In this document: positions 31,219 through 40,008 of the stretch, piece by piece
Position numbering within the stretch: position 1 is the first letter of the stretch
Layout: each line of letters opens with the position of its first letter
Assembly (NCBI GenBank): GCA_965222075.1
Contig: OZ244937.1
Coordinates: 4,800,001-4,864,000 of the forward strand
Source: Candidatus Latescibacterota bacterium
GTDB taxonomy: Bacteria > Latescibacterota > UBA2968 > GCA-2709665
Direction: 5' to 3'
Length of the DNA: 64,000 bases
The notes under the pieces: model-generated
What the model saw: only the letters and a program-made list of their open reading frames with translations
The model's database searches: none
Told to the model about the DNA's origin: nothing
Program-made: the position numbers and the translations under genes

Positions 31219-33378
31219 CTAACTGCCGGCCGCTGATTTGATCAACCGCACTTCCCGCAGACGATTTCCCTCTCTGTCGATTCCGGCGTAGCCGAGGGTT
31301 TCCAATATTTTCAAGCCGTTGCTGCGGACCGCGCCTGCGCTCTGTTTGCTGACTTTCCGGTGTTCGGCGATGGCCGTCGTGATATCGGCAGCGTCCATTT
31401 TACCGCCGTGCACGGTCAGGATGGCCCAGACGAGGGCAGCACTGTTCCGCTGCGATCCCATGTACGGTAACTTTTCCATGTCTTCGTCTCCGGCAGGGCA
31501 GAGCGCAGCCAGATCGTCGAGCCCCATCTCCTTCACTTGCCTGGGTGTTGCTTTCTCCACCCACGCTTTCCGCATCCGGTCTTTCCACGCCTTGCCCAGT
31601 TCTGCCATGTCGCCAAGCGCATTGATCAGGCCGCTCCGCCGGGAATATTTGTCGATGATTTCCCATATCAGTTTGGCGAACGTCTCCTCATGGTTGGGGA
31701 TTTTCGCCATCTGGCGCGCGTGGTGGGCCGCCTGCCTGTAGATGCCCTGTCCTGTTCCGCTGTTTACGATTTTCCATAATACTTTCTGGTAGATTTTGAA
31801 ACACTCCGCAGGAAAACGATCCTGTAAAACCTGGATCATTTGCGGAAATTCAGGTTCCTCCGTGTGACTCCGGGCACATTCCAGGAGGTCTTCCCAGCGC
31901 TCCTCCAGAGAAAGGATATCGATCAGGGCGTCCGGAGAGCAGTTTGTTTTGATTTCCTGGATCAGTTGTTCGCGTTCTTTGCGGGTTCGCAGGAGGTCTC
32001 TGAGGAAGAGATAGTCGTCAGGTTCGTTCTTTTCAAAGAGGAGCAGTTTGGAATGCTGGATCAGGCGCCGGTAGTCTTTTCGGGGGTCGTAAATCCGGAT
32101 TAGAAAGCGGAGCAGCAGTTCCCGAGTTTCGTCGTGTTCGAAAGATATATGGAGATCGTCGTTTTCCGTTCGTTTCAGAGCGGCTTGCGCGATTTTAATG
32201 GCTTCGGTTCGCTTTTTCACTTCCATCAATTTTTCCGCGAGAGGCAGGGCCAGATGGGGGTGCCGATGGATGGCGTTTTTTCCTACTCGTATGAAGCGGT
32301 CTGTGTCCCCGCTCAGGTTGAGGAGGTGGAGGAGGGCGCCGGCTTTTTCCGAGTCCTGGTTGAGGCGTTTGACCTTCAGGCCTTTCAGGTGGGAGAGGGC
32401 GATTTTGGCTTCACTGGCTGTACGGACCGCCGCCTTAAACGCCTCCTCCCAGTTCTTAGATCCAAGCGAGTAGAGGTCTTTGGCAAATATCTCTACGAAT
32501 CGTTTCAACACCCGTTGCTTGTCTTTTTTTGGCGTGGCTTCGGAGAGCGTTTCCGCCCAGTGCGCAAGGGCTTGTTGAGCTTCTCTGCGGCATTCGGATT
32601 CCAGATAGTCCTCGTAGATTTCATCGTAGTCATCATAGTCTTGATCGTCTTCATCGATTCTTTCCGCAGCAGCCATCTTGGTGCAGGCCTGGACAATGGC
32701 TTCGTGGATTTTGGCGCTTTCGATCCAGTTGCCCTGGGCCTGATACTTGCTTGCGGTATCACGATAGGGCCTCAGGATACCATCTACAGTATCGCTATCG
32801 TCTTCCGCATCGTAATCATCGTCGTAGCGATCGTAATAGTTGTACTCGTAATCGTGCGGCCCCTTGAAGTCACCCGCTTCCAGGTCAGCGGTGATTTCGG
32901 CATCGTAGGCTTCGACGGTTTTGTCCGTTTCAGCCCTGCCCTGAGAGAAGATCTTGAGGTTTTCGGCCAGTTTTGGGTATTCGGAGATTTGGAGGCGCAC
33001 AAAGGACCGCAGTTGCTCGGCGGAGAGAGAGGCCAGGATGTCGTCAACCGGAACCGATTCTTCAGGTTCGGAAACGGAAATGCGTTTCGGGGCCTGCCCT
33101 CCTTCGGGTTGGTCGAGGATGGCGAGCATGGTCGCCACGATGTGTTTGCAGATGCCGCCCCAGTCGTACGGGCAGGTGCAGGAGGCATCGAGGTCGTCTC
33201 CGCTACCCCGGATTCTGACGGTGTAGCGGCGGGTACCGTGGACATGCGCCCGGTAGGCGTCGCCTTCAAGGACCAGGTTGCGCACGGCGCCGATTTCGTA
33301 GTAGTCCTCTCCACGGTAGTAGGAGCTGTCGGTTGCATATGCGCGGATCGTAGATTCTTCAAAGTCTGGAAGGGCCAT
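31219..33378 (-). CDS. SWIM zinc-finger protein with helical repeats and C-terminal HTH-like domain
   Basis: RGEDYY, VHGTRRYTV, CTCPYDWGGICKHIVA (SWIM); acidic D/Y tracts. Confidence 0.85.
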   Translation of the reverse strand: MALPDFEESTIRAYATDSSYYRGEDYYEIGAVRNLVLEGDAYRAHVHGTRRYTVRIRGSGDDLDASCTCPYDWGGICKHIVATMLAILDQPEGGQAPKRISVSEPEESVPVDDILASLSAEQLRSFVRLQISEYPKLAENLKIFSQGRAETDKTVEAYDAEITADLEAGDFKGPHDYEYNYYDRYDDDYDAEDDSDTVDGILRPYRDTASKYQAQGNWIESAKIHEAIVQACTKMAAAERIDEDDQDYDDYDEIYEDYLESECRREAQQALAHWAETLSEATPKKDKQRVLKRFVEIFAKDLYSLGSKNWEEAFKAAVRTASEAKIALSHLKGLKVKRLNQDSEKAGALLHLLNLSGDTDRFIRVGKNAIHRHPHLALPLAEKLMEVKKRTEAIKIAQAALKRTENDDLHISFEHDETRELLLRFLIRIYDPRKDYRRLIQHSKLLLFEKNEPDDYLFLRDLLRTRKEREQLIQEIKTNCSPDALIDILSLEERWEDLLECARSHTEEPEFPQMIQVLQDRFPAECFKIYQKVLWKIVNSGTGQGIYRQAAHHARQMAKIPNHEETFAKLIWEIIDKYSRRSGLINALGDMAELGKAWKDRMRKAWVEKATPRQVKEMGLDDLAALCPAGDEDMEKLPYMGSQRNSAALVWAILTVHGGKMDAADITTAIAEHRKVSKQSAGAVRSNGLKILETLGYAGIDREGNRLREVRLIKSAAGS

Positions 33379-33481
33379 CAAGATCTCCTTCTGAAAAGCG
33401 GGCTGCCTCTTCTGTCCCAATCGTTTATATATGACTGTACCTTGTTATGGTCTGGTACGAATGCTATATTTTGCATTGGGT

Positions 33482-33697
33482 TTACAACAACTCGCCGGAC
33501 TGGATGGGCTGATTATCCCCGGCGGGGAAAGTACGACCCTGATCCAGCTGATGGATGCCAGCAGCTTCTGGAAGCCGCTTGGGGCGTTTGTCGAGGCGGG
33601 TAAGTCGATTAGGGGCACCTGCGCCGGTCTGATCCTGCTGGCGAGAGACGTGTTCAATCCGTTTCGGAAATCCCTCACCGGTATTTTCTGGAAATGA
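33482..33697 (+). pseudogene. pdxT: Internal fragment of PLP synthase glutaminase subunit PdxT
   Basis: LDGLIIPGGESTT and GTCAGLILLA are PdxT signatures; the N-terminal GVLALQG and C-terminal FHPE parts are absent. Confidence 0.8.
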
Positions 33698-33752
33698 CTG
33701 AAAATATGCCATTTCTTTCGAGATCAGATCCGTAGGAGATAGAGATCCATCT

Positions 33753-34926
33753 ATGACACGACAGCCATATCTGAGGGTTAATTTCAGTACACAAAACCCA
33801 GGACGGTCTTTGTCTGTAAACCAGATTGTATCCGGGGTAAAGGATCAACTTCTGGTTGATAACGTTGCCCCAGGCTGTCGGCTACCGCCGGTTCGGGTGC
33901 TGGCCCACCAGTTGGGAATTTCGAAGAATACGGTTCAGACAGCTTACGACGAGCTGGTGGCGCAGGGCGTGGTTGAAAGTAGAAAACGCGTCGGGCTGTT
34001 TGTCGCACCGCACCCACCAGCCGTTGATGTGGTTCCCGAGACGAAGGTTCCGGTTCCCGACCTCGTTTCACTACCGTTGGACCGTGTCCCCGGCCGTAGA
34101 AAGAAAAAATCGATTGATCCGGTCCATCTGAGTAATGTTTTTATCGATCCGGATTTGCTGCCCAGAGAGAGGCTTGCGGCCTGTTTTCGAGCAGTTTTGA
34201 AGCAGCCTGGATTGGAAACGGCCTATCACGCACAGGGGTTTTTGCCTTTAAGGCGGAAGATTGCCGCGCGCCTGAGAAAACGGGGAATCGAAGTTAGGGC
34301 CGAAGACGTCGTAACGACCGTGGGGTCGCAGCAGGCGCTGGATGTTCTGTGCCGGGCGCTGACCAGCAAGACGATTGCAACCGAAGATCCCGCCTATGCA
34401 ATCGGAAAACGGCTTTTTGAGATGAACAACATGACGCCGGTCGGGCTGCCCCTGAACCCCTTCCAGGGTATTGGCGCTCAAAAATGGGAGCGCCGGATTG
34501 CCAGGGCGAAGCCGGGGATTGTCTATCTGACGACGAATTTCCACAATCCGACGGGATATTCTTACTCGACTTCAGAGTTGAACCAGATCCTCGCGTGGTC
34601 TCAACAGTACGGTTTTGGTATTATTGAGGATGACTGGGGATCGGATATGCTGTCCTTTTCGGAATTCAGGCCTTCGTTGCGGGCCAGAGGAGTGGACCTC
34701 TCCCGGGGGCGGTCCGATCCTCTGGCTGGAGGTCCCCGAGGGGATTGACCTCGAAGATATAAGCGTTAGGTTGGAATCGAAAGAGGTGATGATCAATTTA
34801 TCCCATGAAGCCTTTTTCGGCAAGCCCCATCTCAACGGGTTCAGGATCGGCTACGCGTTTCTCCCCACAGAGAGGATGCAGCAGGGGGTTGAGATTTTGG
34901 CCGACGAACTGAAGAAAGCACTTTAA
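33753..34926 (+). pseudogene. MocR/GabR-family (PdxR-like) GntR-aminotransferase regulator, with internal deletion and frameshift
   Basis: wHTH LPPVRVLA..LGISKNTVQTAYDEL, FHNPTG, IIEDD. After RARG the C-terminal WTSPGGGPILWL...FRIGYA continues in another frame; the PLP-lysine segment is missing. Confidence 0.8.
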
Positions 34927-34945
34927 CGATGAGGAGACCTGTAAG

Positions 34946-35674
34946 ATGACCCAACTCAGTGTAAATGTCAACAAGGTTGCGCTGTTGCGAAATACCCGCA
35001 CAATCGGGATTCCCAGCGTGACGCGGGCGGCGCAGATCTGTATCGAGGCCGGGGCGCACGGGATTACGGTGCACCCGCGGCCGGACCAACGGCACATCCG
35101 GCCTTCGGATGTTTACGATCTGGCCGAGATCGTGACGGGCGTGGAGTTCAACATCGAAGGGAATCCGTTTGAAACCGGGTACATGGAGATCGTACGGAAG
35201 GTGAAGCCGACGCAGTGCACGCTGGTGCCCGATTCACCGGAGACGTTCACGTCGGACCACGGGTGGGACCTCTCAAAGGACGGTGAGCGCCTCAGCCCGG
35301 TCATCCAGGAGATGGTGGACCTGGGAAGCCGGGTGAGCCTGTTTATGGATTACGACTCGGATGAGATCCCGCGCGCAAAGCGAGTCGGCGCGGACCGGGT
35401 CGAGCTGTATACCGAGCCGTATGCGGAGGCGTTCCGGGAAGGGAAGGACCTGGAGGGCGTTTTCGAGGGCTATGCAAAGGCGGCGAAGATCGCACAGGAA
35501 GCGGGCCTGGGCGTGAACGCCGGACACGATCTGAATTTGCAGAATCTCGGCAAGTTCTGCTCGATTCCAGGCGTCCTGGAGGTGTCCATCGGCCACGCGC
35601 TGATCGGCGAGGCGCTGGAGATGGGGCTGGCCAATACGGTGAAGGCGTATCTGGAGATTCTGGCAAAGACCTGA
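34946..35674 (+). CDS. pdxJ: Pyridoxine 5'-phosphate synthase
   Basis: LSVNVNKVALLRN, GITVHPRPDQRHI, NIEG, ELYTE, NAGHDL, EVSIGHALI. Confidence 0.96.
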   Translation: MTQLSVNVNKVALLRNTRTIGIPSVTRAAQICIEAGAHGITVHPRPDQRHIRPSDVYDLAEIVTGVEFNIEGNPFETGYMEIVRKVKPTQCTLVPDSPETFTSDHGWDLSKDGERLSPVIQEMVDLGSRVSLFMDYDSDEIPRAKRVGADRVELYTEPYAEAFREGKDLEGVFEGYAKAAKIAQEAGLGVNAGHDLNLQNLGKFCSIPGVLEVSIGHALIGEALEMGLANTVKAYLEILAKT

Positions 35675-35759
35675 AATACATCACGGCACGGAAAGTCCTG
35701 GTTTTTGTTCGGAAGCTGTTTGGAAAATAACCTTTCGGTAGATACCCGGGTTCAACTGT

Positions 35760-36005
35760 TTTTTTACTTTGGCCTTTTTCTTGTTCGCCCAAGAAAAAGG
35801 CCGAAAAAGAAGGGCGCCTGCCTGCGCGGCGCACCGCGCTGCAGGCAGGCCGCTCAGACGCCGCGGGGGCTGCTTTTCCGCGAATAGCCCCTGTGGTGGA
35901 AGCGGAAGCTTCTGCCCTGCGGACCTTTGAGGCGTTTCTGGGCGATGGCGCTGGACGGAACCGCGCGGAAAAGCCCCTTCCCCCCGCCCCAAAGCGGTCT
36001 TCGCC
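35760..36005. repeat. Palindrome-rich non-coding element containing the 33-bp element
   Basis: GGCCTTTTTCTTG-N6-CAAGAAAAAGGCC hairpin, 33-bp element 35817..35849, and CTTTTCCGCG/CGCGGAAAAG long-range pair. Confidence 0.55.
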
Positions 36006-36062
36006 TTGACCGATACCTTTTCGCTCGTGCTCGGGAACTCACCAGGAATTTTAAAACAACTG

Positions 36063-36875
36063 CTAAGCTGTCTCCTTACAGCGGTAGATCATGGGGCAGT
36101 ACGCTGGATTGTCGATGTAGGCCATATGCCCTTCCCTGGACCGGGTCGCCGGGCTGGATTTCTCCGTGCGCATGTGGATCGCAAAACTCCGCCTCGGTTC
36201 TGCTGACCGGTTGGGGCCGCTGCCGTGGTAGGTCAGGTTGTGGTGGAAGCTGACGCCTCCGGGCGGCAGGATGACGTTGACCTCTTCCCAGGTCTGGCCG
36301 GGGGGGATGGCAATTCCATCGCGCAGGGCTTCGAGGTCTTGCTCGTAGAAGAAGCCCTGGTCGAGCAGGCCCCATTTGTTTGACCCACGCACGAGCCTCA
36401 TGGGGCCGGAATCCGGGGTGACGTTGCTCAGGGCGACCCAGGCAGTGAAGAGTTCGCTTCCTTCCTCCCAGTCCTTCCAGTACTGTGCGTCTTGATGCCA
36501 GCCAACGTTTTGGCTCCCTTCCGTATCCCGGGCAAGAGGGGGCTTGTGGAGCAACTGGCCCCACCAGGCCTGGATCCATTTTGCGCCCGTGATCGCCGCG
36601 GCCAGCTCCGCAATGGCCGGATGGGTGAACAGGTCCATGATTGCGCGGTTGGACCCCTGGGGCACGTCGATTTTGCCGAGTTTTTGAGGGTCGTCTCCCG
36701 GCTTCCAATAGCATTTGTGGGGCGGTAGGCCGGTTTCGTAGCGGCCGAATCTGACGGCATCCATGCCTGCAATTGCGCGCTGAATGAGGTCGTCGGGGAT
36801 GACCGGCTGTGCGCAGATGTAAAAGCCGTCCGATTCAAATTGGGCGCGGGCTGTTGCGAGTTCCCGGGTGTGCAT
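36063..36875 (-). CDS. Phytanoyl-CoA dioxygenase (PhyH) family Fe/2OG enzyme
   Basis: WHQD..YW, TAWVAL, GPMRLVRGS, HHNLTYHGSGPN...RR. Confidence 0.9.
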   Translation of the reverse strand: MHTRELATARAQFESDGFYICAQPVIPDDLIQRAIAGMDAVRFGRYETGLPPHKCYWKPGDDPQKLGKIDVPQGSNRAIMDLFTHPAIAELAAAITGAKWIQAWWGQLLHKPPLARDTEGSQNVGWHQDAQYWKDWEEGSELFTAWVALSNVTPDSGPMRLVRGSNKWGLLDQGFFYEQDLEALRDGIAIPPGQTWEEVNVILPPGGVSFHHNLTYHGSGPNRSAEPRRSFAIHMRTEKSSPATRSREGHMAYIDNPAYCPMIYRCKETA

Positions 36876-36895
36876 CGGTCTATTCCTCCGAGGGT

Positions 36896-36963
36896 TTAAT
36901 CTGCGTCGGTGTGATAGATCACGGGGCAGTAGGACGGGCTGGATTTCTGCGTGCGCATGTGGA
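36896..36963 (-). pseudogene. 3' remnant of a tandem PhyH paralog
   Basis: HMRTQKSSP-SYCPVIYHTDAD* versus the neighbour's HMRTEKSSP(15 aa)AYCPMIY. Confidence 0.7.
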
Positions 36964-36986
36964 GACTTCCTCAGGGTGTATGATTT

Positions 36987-38624
36987 CTACCACCCGACCG
37001 CATATCCGTCCCGCCTCGGATCCGAGCCGCCGATAAGGGCGCTGGATTCGGGGTCAATGAGTATGGCCTGCGCACTGCCGGGACCGTCCCAGTCTCTTAG
37101 GATCTGGAGTTCATGCCCTTTTTGGGCGAGTCCTTCACGGACATCTCCGGGGAACCGGCCTTCCAGCTGCAGGACGTCCGCACAGGTGTGGGGGATCGTG
37201 GATTCCATCGGGTTTTGCAGGTTGCGCCAGCGGGGGGCCTCAACAGCCTCCTGGGGGGTCATGCCGAAGTCGAGGATGTGCGTGATGAGCTGGAGGTTGG
37301 TTTGCACCTGCGTGTCCGCGCCCGGGGTGCCGCAGACGAGGAGGGGTTTGTTGTCTTTTGTTACGATGACGGGATTCATGGTGTGGCGCACCCGCTTGCC
37401 GGGCATGAGGCAGTTGGGGTGATCGGCGTCCAGGTGCCAATAGGTCATCCGGTTGTTGAGCAGGATGCCGGTGTTTCCCGCAATGAGGCTCGAGCCGAAC
37501 CCGGACTGGATGCTTTGCAGGACACAGATGGCGTTTCCCCACCGGTCGGCGACGCAGAAACAGGTGGTGTCTTCAAACGATTCGGGCGAACCGGAGGGGA
37601 CGTCGGTGAGCGCCCGGTTGGGGTCGATGCGTTCGGTTTGCCGGGTGGCGTAGGCTTTGGAGAGCATGCCTTTGAGGGGGATGTCGCCCCACCTGGGATC
37701 GGCCATGTATTTTTCCCGGTCTGCAAAGGAGAGTTTTTTGGCTTCGACCATAATGTGGATGCTTTCGGCGGTGTTGCAGCCCAGGGACCGCAGGTCGAAG
37801 TTTTCGACGATGTTCAGTTCCTGCAGGAGAATGTGGCCGCTGGAGTTGGGGGGCGTTTCGTAGACACGGTGGCCCCGGTAGGTTGTGTGGATGGGATCGT
37901 CCCAGTGGGCGTGGTGGTCGGCGAGGTCTTTTTTGGTGAGCAGCCCTTCATAGGCCTCGCTGAATTTGACGATTTCGCGGGCGATTTCTCCTTCGTAGAG
38001 GGTGCCGCGTCCTTCTGCTGCGATTTTTTGCAGGGTTCTGCCGAGGTCTTTTTGATACAGGATTTCTCCGGGGTTAAGCGGCCGGCCGTCGCGGGTGAAT
38101 ACGGCGCGGGTGTAGGGGTCGGAGGCGAAGCGCTCGTTTTCGTTTTTGAGCGATGCGGCGAATTTGTGGCTGACGGGGAAGCCGTTTTCGCACAGCGATA
38201 CGGCAGGGTCGAATACCCGATCGAGGCTGAGTACGCCGTAACGCTCGTGGGCGATGAGCCAGCCGTCCACCAGCCCGGGGACCGAGACGCTGCGGATGCC
38301 TTTCATCGGGATGCCGCCGCTTTCGATGTAGAGGTCGCGGGTTGCCGCAGAGGGGGCGGCGCCGGTGGCGTTCACACAGGTTAAGGCGCCTGTTTCCGCC
38401 CAGTGAATGAGGAGGAATCCGTCGCCGCCAACGCCGGAGCTGGCCGGTTCGACCACGCCCAGCGCAGCGGCGGTTGCGATGGCGGCGTCTATGGCATTGC
38501 CACCGGCCATCAGGATCTGGATGCCGGCCTGAGAGGCGAGCAGGTGGCCGGATGTGACCATGCCGTTTCTACCCATAACCGGGGGACGATATGCTGAAAA
38601 ATGAACACCGTGTGGAGATTGCAT
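36987..38624 (-). CDS. ggt: Gamma-glutamyltransferase family
   Basis: GGNAIDAAIA, GVGGDGF, SVPG, catalytic Thr in DTTCF..D..GNA, PGKR..HT, GTPGADTQ.Q, GSDPRRDG. Confidence 0.93.
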   Translation of the reverse strand: MQSPHGVHFSAYRPPVMGRNGMVTSGHLLASQAGIQILMAGGNAIDAAIATAAALGVVEPASSGVGGDGFLLIHWAETGALTCVNATGAAPSAATRDLYIESGGIPMKGIRSVSVPGLVDGWLIAHERYGVLSLDRVFDPAVSLCENGFPVSHKFAASLKNENERFASDPYTRAVFTRDGRPLNPGEILYQKDLGRTLQKIAAEGRGTLYEGEIAREIVKFSEAYEGLLTKKDLADHHAHWDDPIHTTYRGHRVYETPPNSSGHILLQELNIVENFDLRSLGCNTAESIHIMVEAKKLSFADREKYMADPRWGDIPLKGMLSKAYATRQTERIDPNRALTDVPSGSPESFEDTTCFCVADRWGNAICVLQSIQSGFGSSLIAGNTGILLNNRMTYWHLDADHPNCLMPGKRVRHTMNPVIVTKDNKPLLVCGTPGADTQVQTNLQLITHILDFGMTPQEAVEAPRWRNLQNPMESTIPHTCADVLQLEGRFPGDVREGLAQKGHELQILRDWDGPGSAQAILIDPESSALIGGSDPRRDGYAVGW

Positions 38625-38638
38625 AGCGTTTCCTGACT

Positions 38639-38664
38639 GTAGGGGCGATGCTTGTGATCGCCCT
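38639..38664 (+). repeat. GTAG-type REP palindrome
   Basis: GTAG followed by GGGCGAT-GCTTGTG-ATCGCCC, the architecture of RAYT-associated REPs; only one copy in the window. Confidence 0.6.
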
Positions 38665-38713
38665 TTACGGTTTGATTGTTCGCGGTGGGGGTTTGACTCC
38701 GCGCCTCTGTGGT

Positions 38714-39994
38714 TCAAAAAGATCGAAACAGCTTCGCATAGGGCATCGGGTCTGAGAAGATGCCGCCGCTTTGACGGTAGTACTCATTGTCTAAGACAAA
38801 AGCGCCGGATCGGGGTTTGAGCCAGGTCGCGTCCGGGATGGGGTATGCCGCGAGAAGGTCGGGCCAGGTGGCGTAGGTTTCGGGGCCGTTGGATTCCAGG
38901 ATGCCGCCCCTGACACCGGGGAATGCGGGCAGGCGGGCGATGACGTTTTTGTTCCATTCCACAAGGGTGGGCACACAGGCGTTGTCCGCCACAAAACAGT
39001 AAGCCCCGGCCTCGGCGGCGGCGGCGACCATCTGAAAGGTGAGGGAGAGGGTCTTGCCGGCCGGTTTGAGGGCGACAGCCCCGTATCCCTGCTGGATTTT
39101 GGCGTTGATGTCCCGGACGCTGTGGAGGCTCTCGTCTGCGGCGAATCTGGCCGGGAGGTCCGTGACGTCGACTTCCAGGGTTTCGTCAAAGGGTTCTTCG
39201 AGGAGGATGATGCGGTCGAGCATGCCGATTTTTTGGGCGTGGTCGAGCAGCCGGGCGATGTTTTCTTTTTTCTTATACCGGCCGTTGGCGTCCAGGTAAT
39301 AGAGGACCTTTCCGGAGTCGGTCATCGGGGTCTCGCAGGCGCGGGCGGCCTTGTGGATTCGGGTCAGGCAGTCCATGTCTTTGCACAGCATTTCGGATTC
39401 GCTTCCAGGCTGGCCGATCTTTATCTTCAGGATACAGGCGCCGCCGTCTAAGACGCTCTGGACGACGTCCATAGGGAGGGCGTAGGAAACCAGGGGGACG
39501 CCGGCAAGATGGGTCTGGCGGTGGGAGAGATAGGGGCGATAGGGCAAAGGGATGAGGTCATCGAAGGTGTCGATGCCGTTTTCCTTAGCGTAGAGCATCC
39601 AGGCGGCGTTGTCCAGGGCGACGAGGGAGATGAGAGAGAAGGTGAGCCGCAGGTTGGGGTTGTGGGTCACGGTCTTGCCATAATCGTGCACCTGCGGGAG
39701 GAGATCGGCCAGGATGGCCATGGGGTCTGTATAGTTTCGGCGTTTGACCTGCTGCAGGGCGTATTCCAAAAGGGCGGTCATCAAGACGTTGCCGCCGACT
39801 TCGGTATGCGCTAAGAAGACGTCCCCATCGGCCCACAGGACGGCCAGGCCGCCCAGGCCGAAGGCCTCGTGTTCGGCATCGTCCCGCAGGCGGACGGCAA
39901 GGTTCCATTTTTCGTGGAAGGCGGCGCCTTTGAAGCCGAAGGGGCGCGCAAAGGGTTCGCGCTGGATTTCGAGGTCGGTGTGAACGATATGCAT
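38714..39994 (-). CDS. Enolase superfamily protein (mandelate racemase / Ala-Glu epimerase-like)
   Basis: KIKIG, YLDANG, EEP, ADES, ALK motifs; start MHIVHTD at 39994. Confidence 0.85.
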   Translation of the reverse strand: MHIVHTDLEIQREPFARPFGFKGAAFHEKWNLAVRLRDDAEHEAFGLGGLAVLWADGDVFLAHTEVGGNVLMTALLEYALQQVKRRNYTDPMAILADLLPQVHDYGKTVTHNPNLRLTFSLISLVALDNAAWMLYAKENGIDTFDDLIPLPYRPYLSHRQTHLAGVPLVSYALPMDVVQSVLDGGACILKIKIGQPGSESEMLCKDMDCLTRIHKAARACETPMTDSGKVLYYLDANGRYKKKENIARLLDHAQKIGMLDRIILLEEPFDETLEVDVTDLPARFAADESLHSVRDINAKIQQGYGAVALKPAGKTLSLTFQMVAAAAEAGAYCFVADNACVPTLVEWNKNVIARLPAFPGVRGGILESNGPETYATWPDLLAAYPIPDATWLKPRSGAFVLDNEYYRQSGGIFSDPMPYAKLFRSF

Positions 39995-40008
39995 TCGGTC
40001 TGTTCCTT

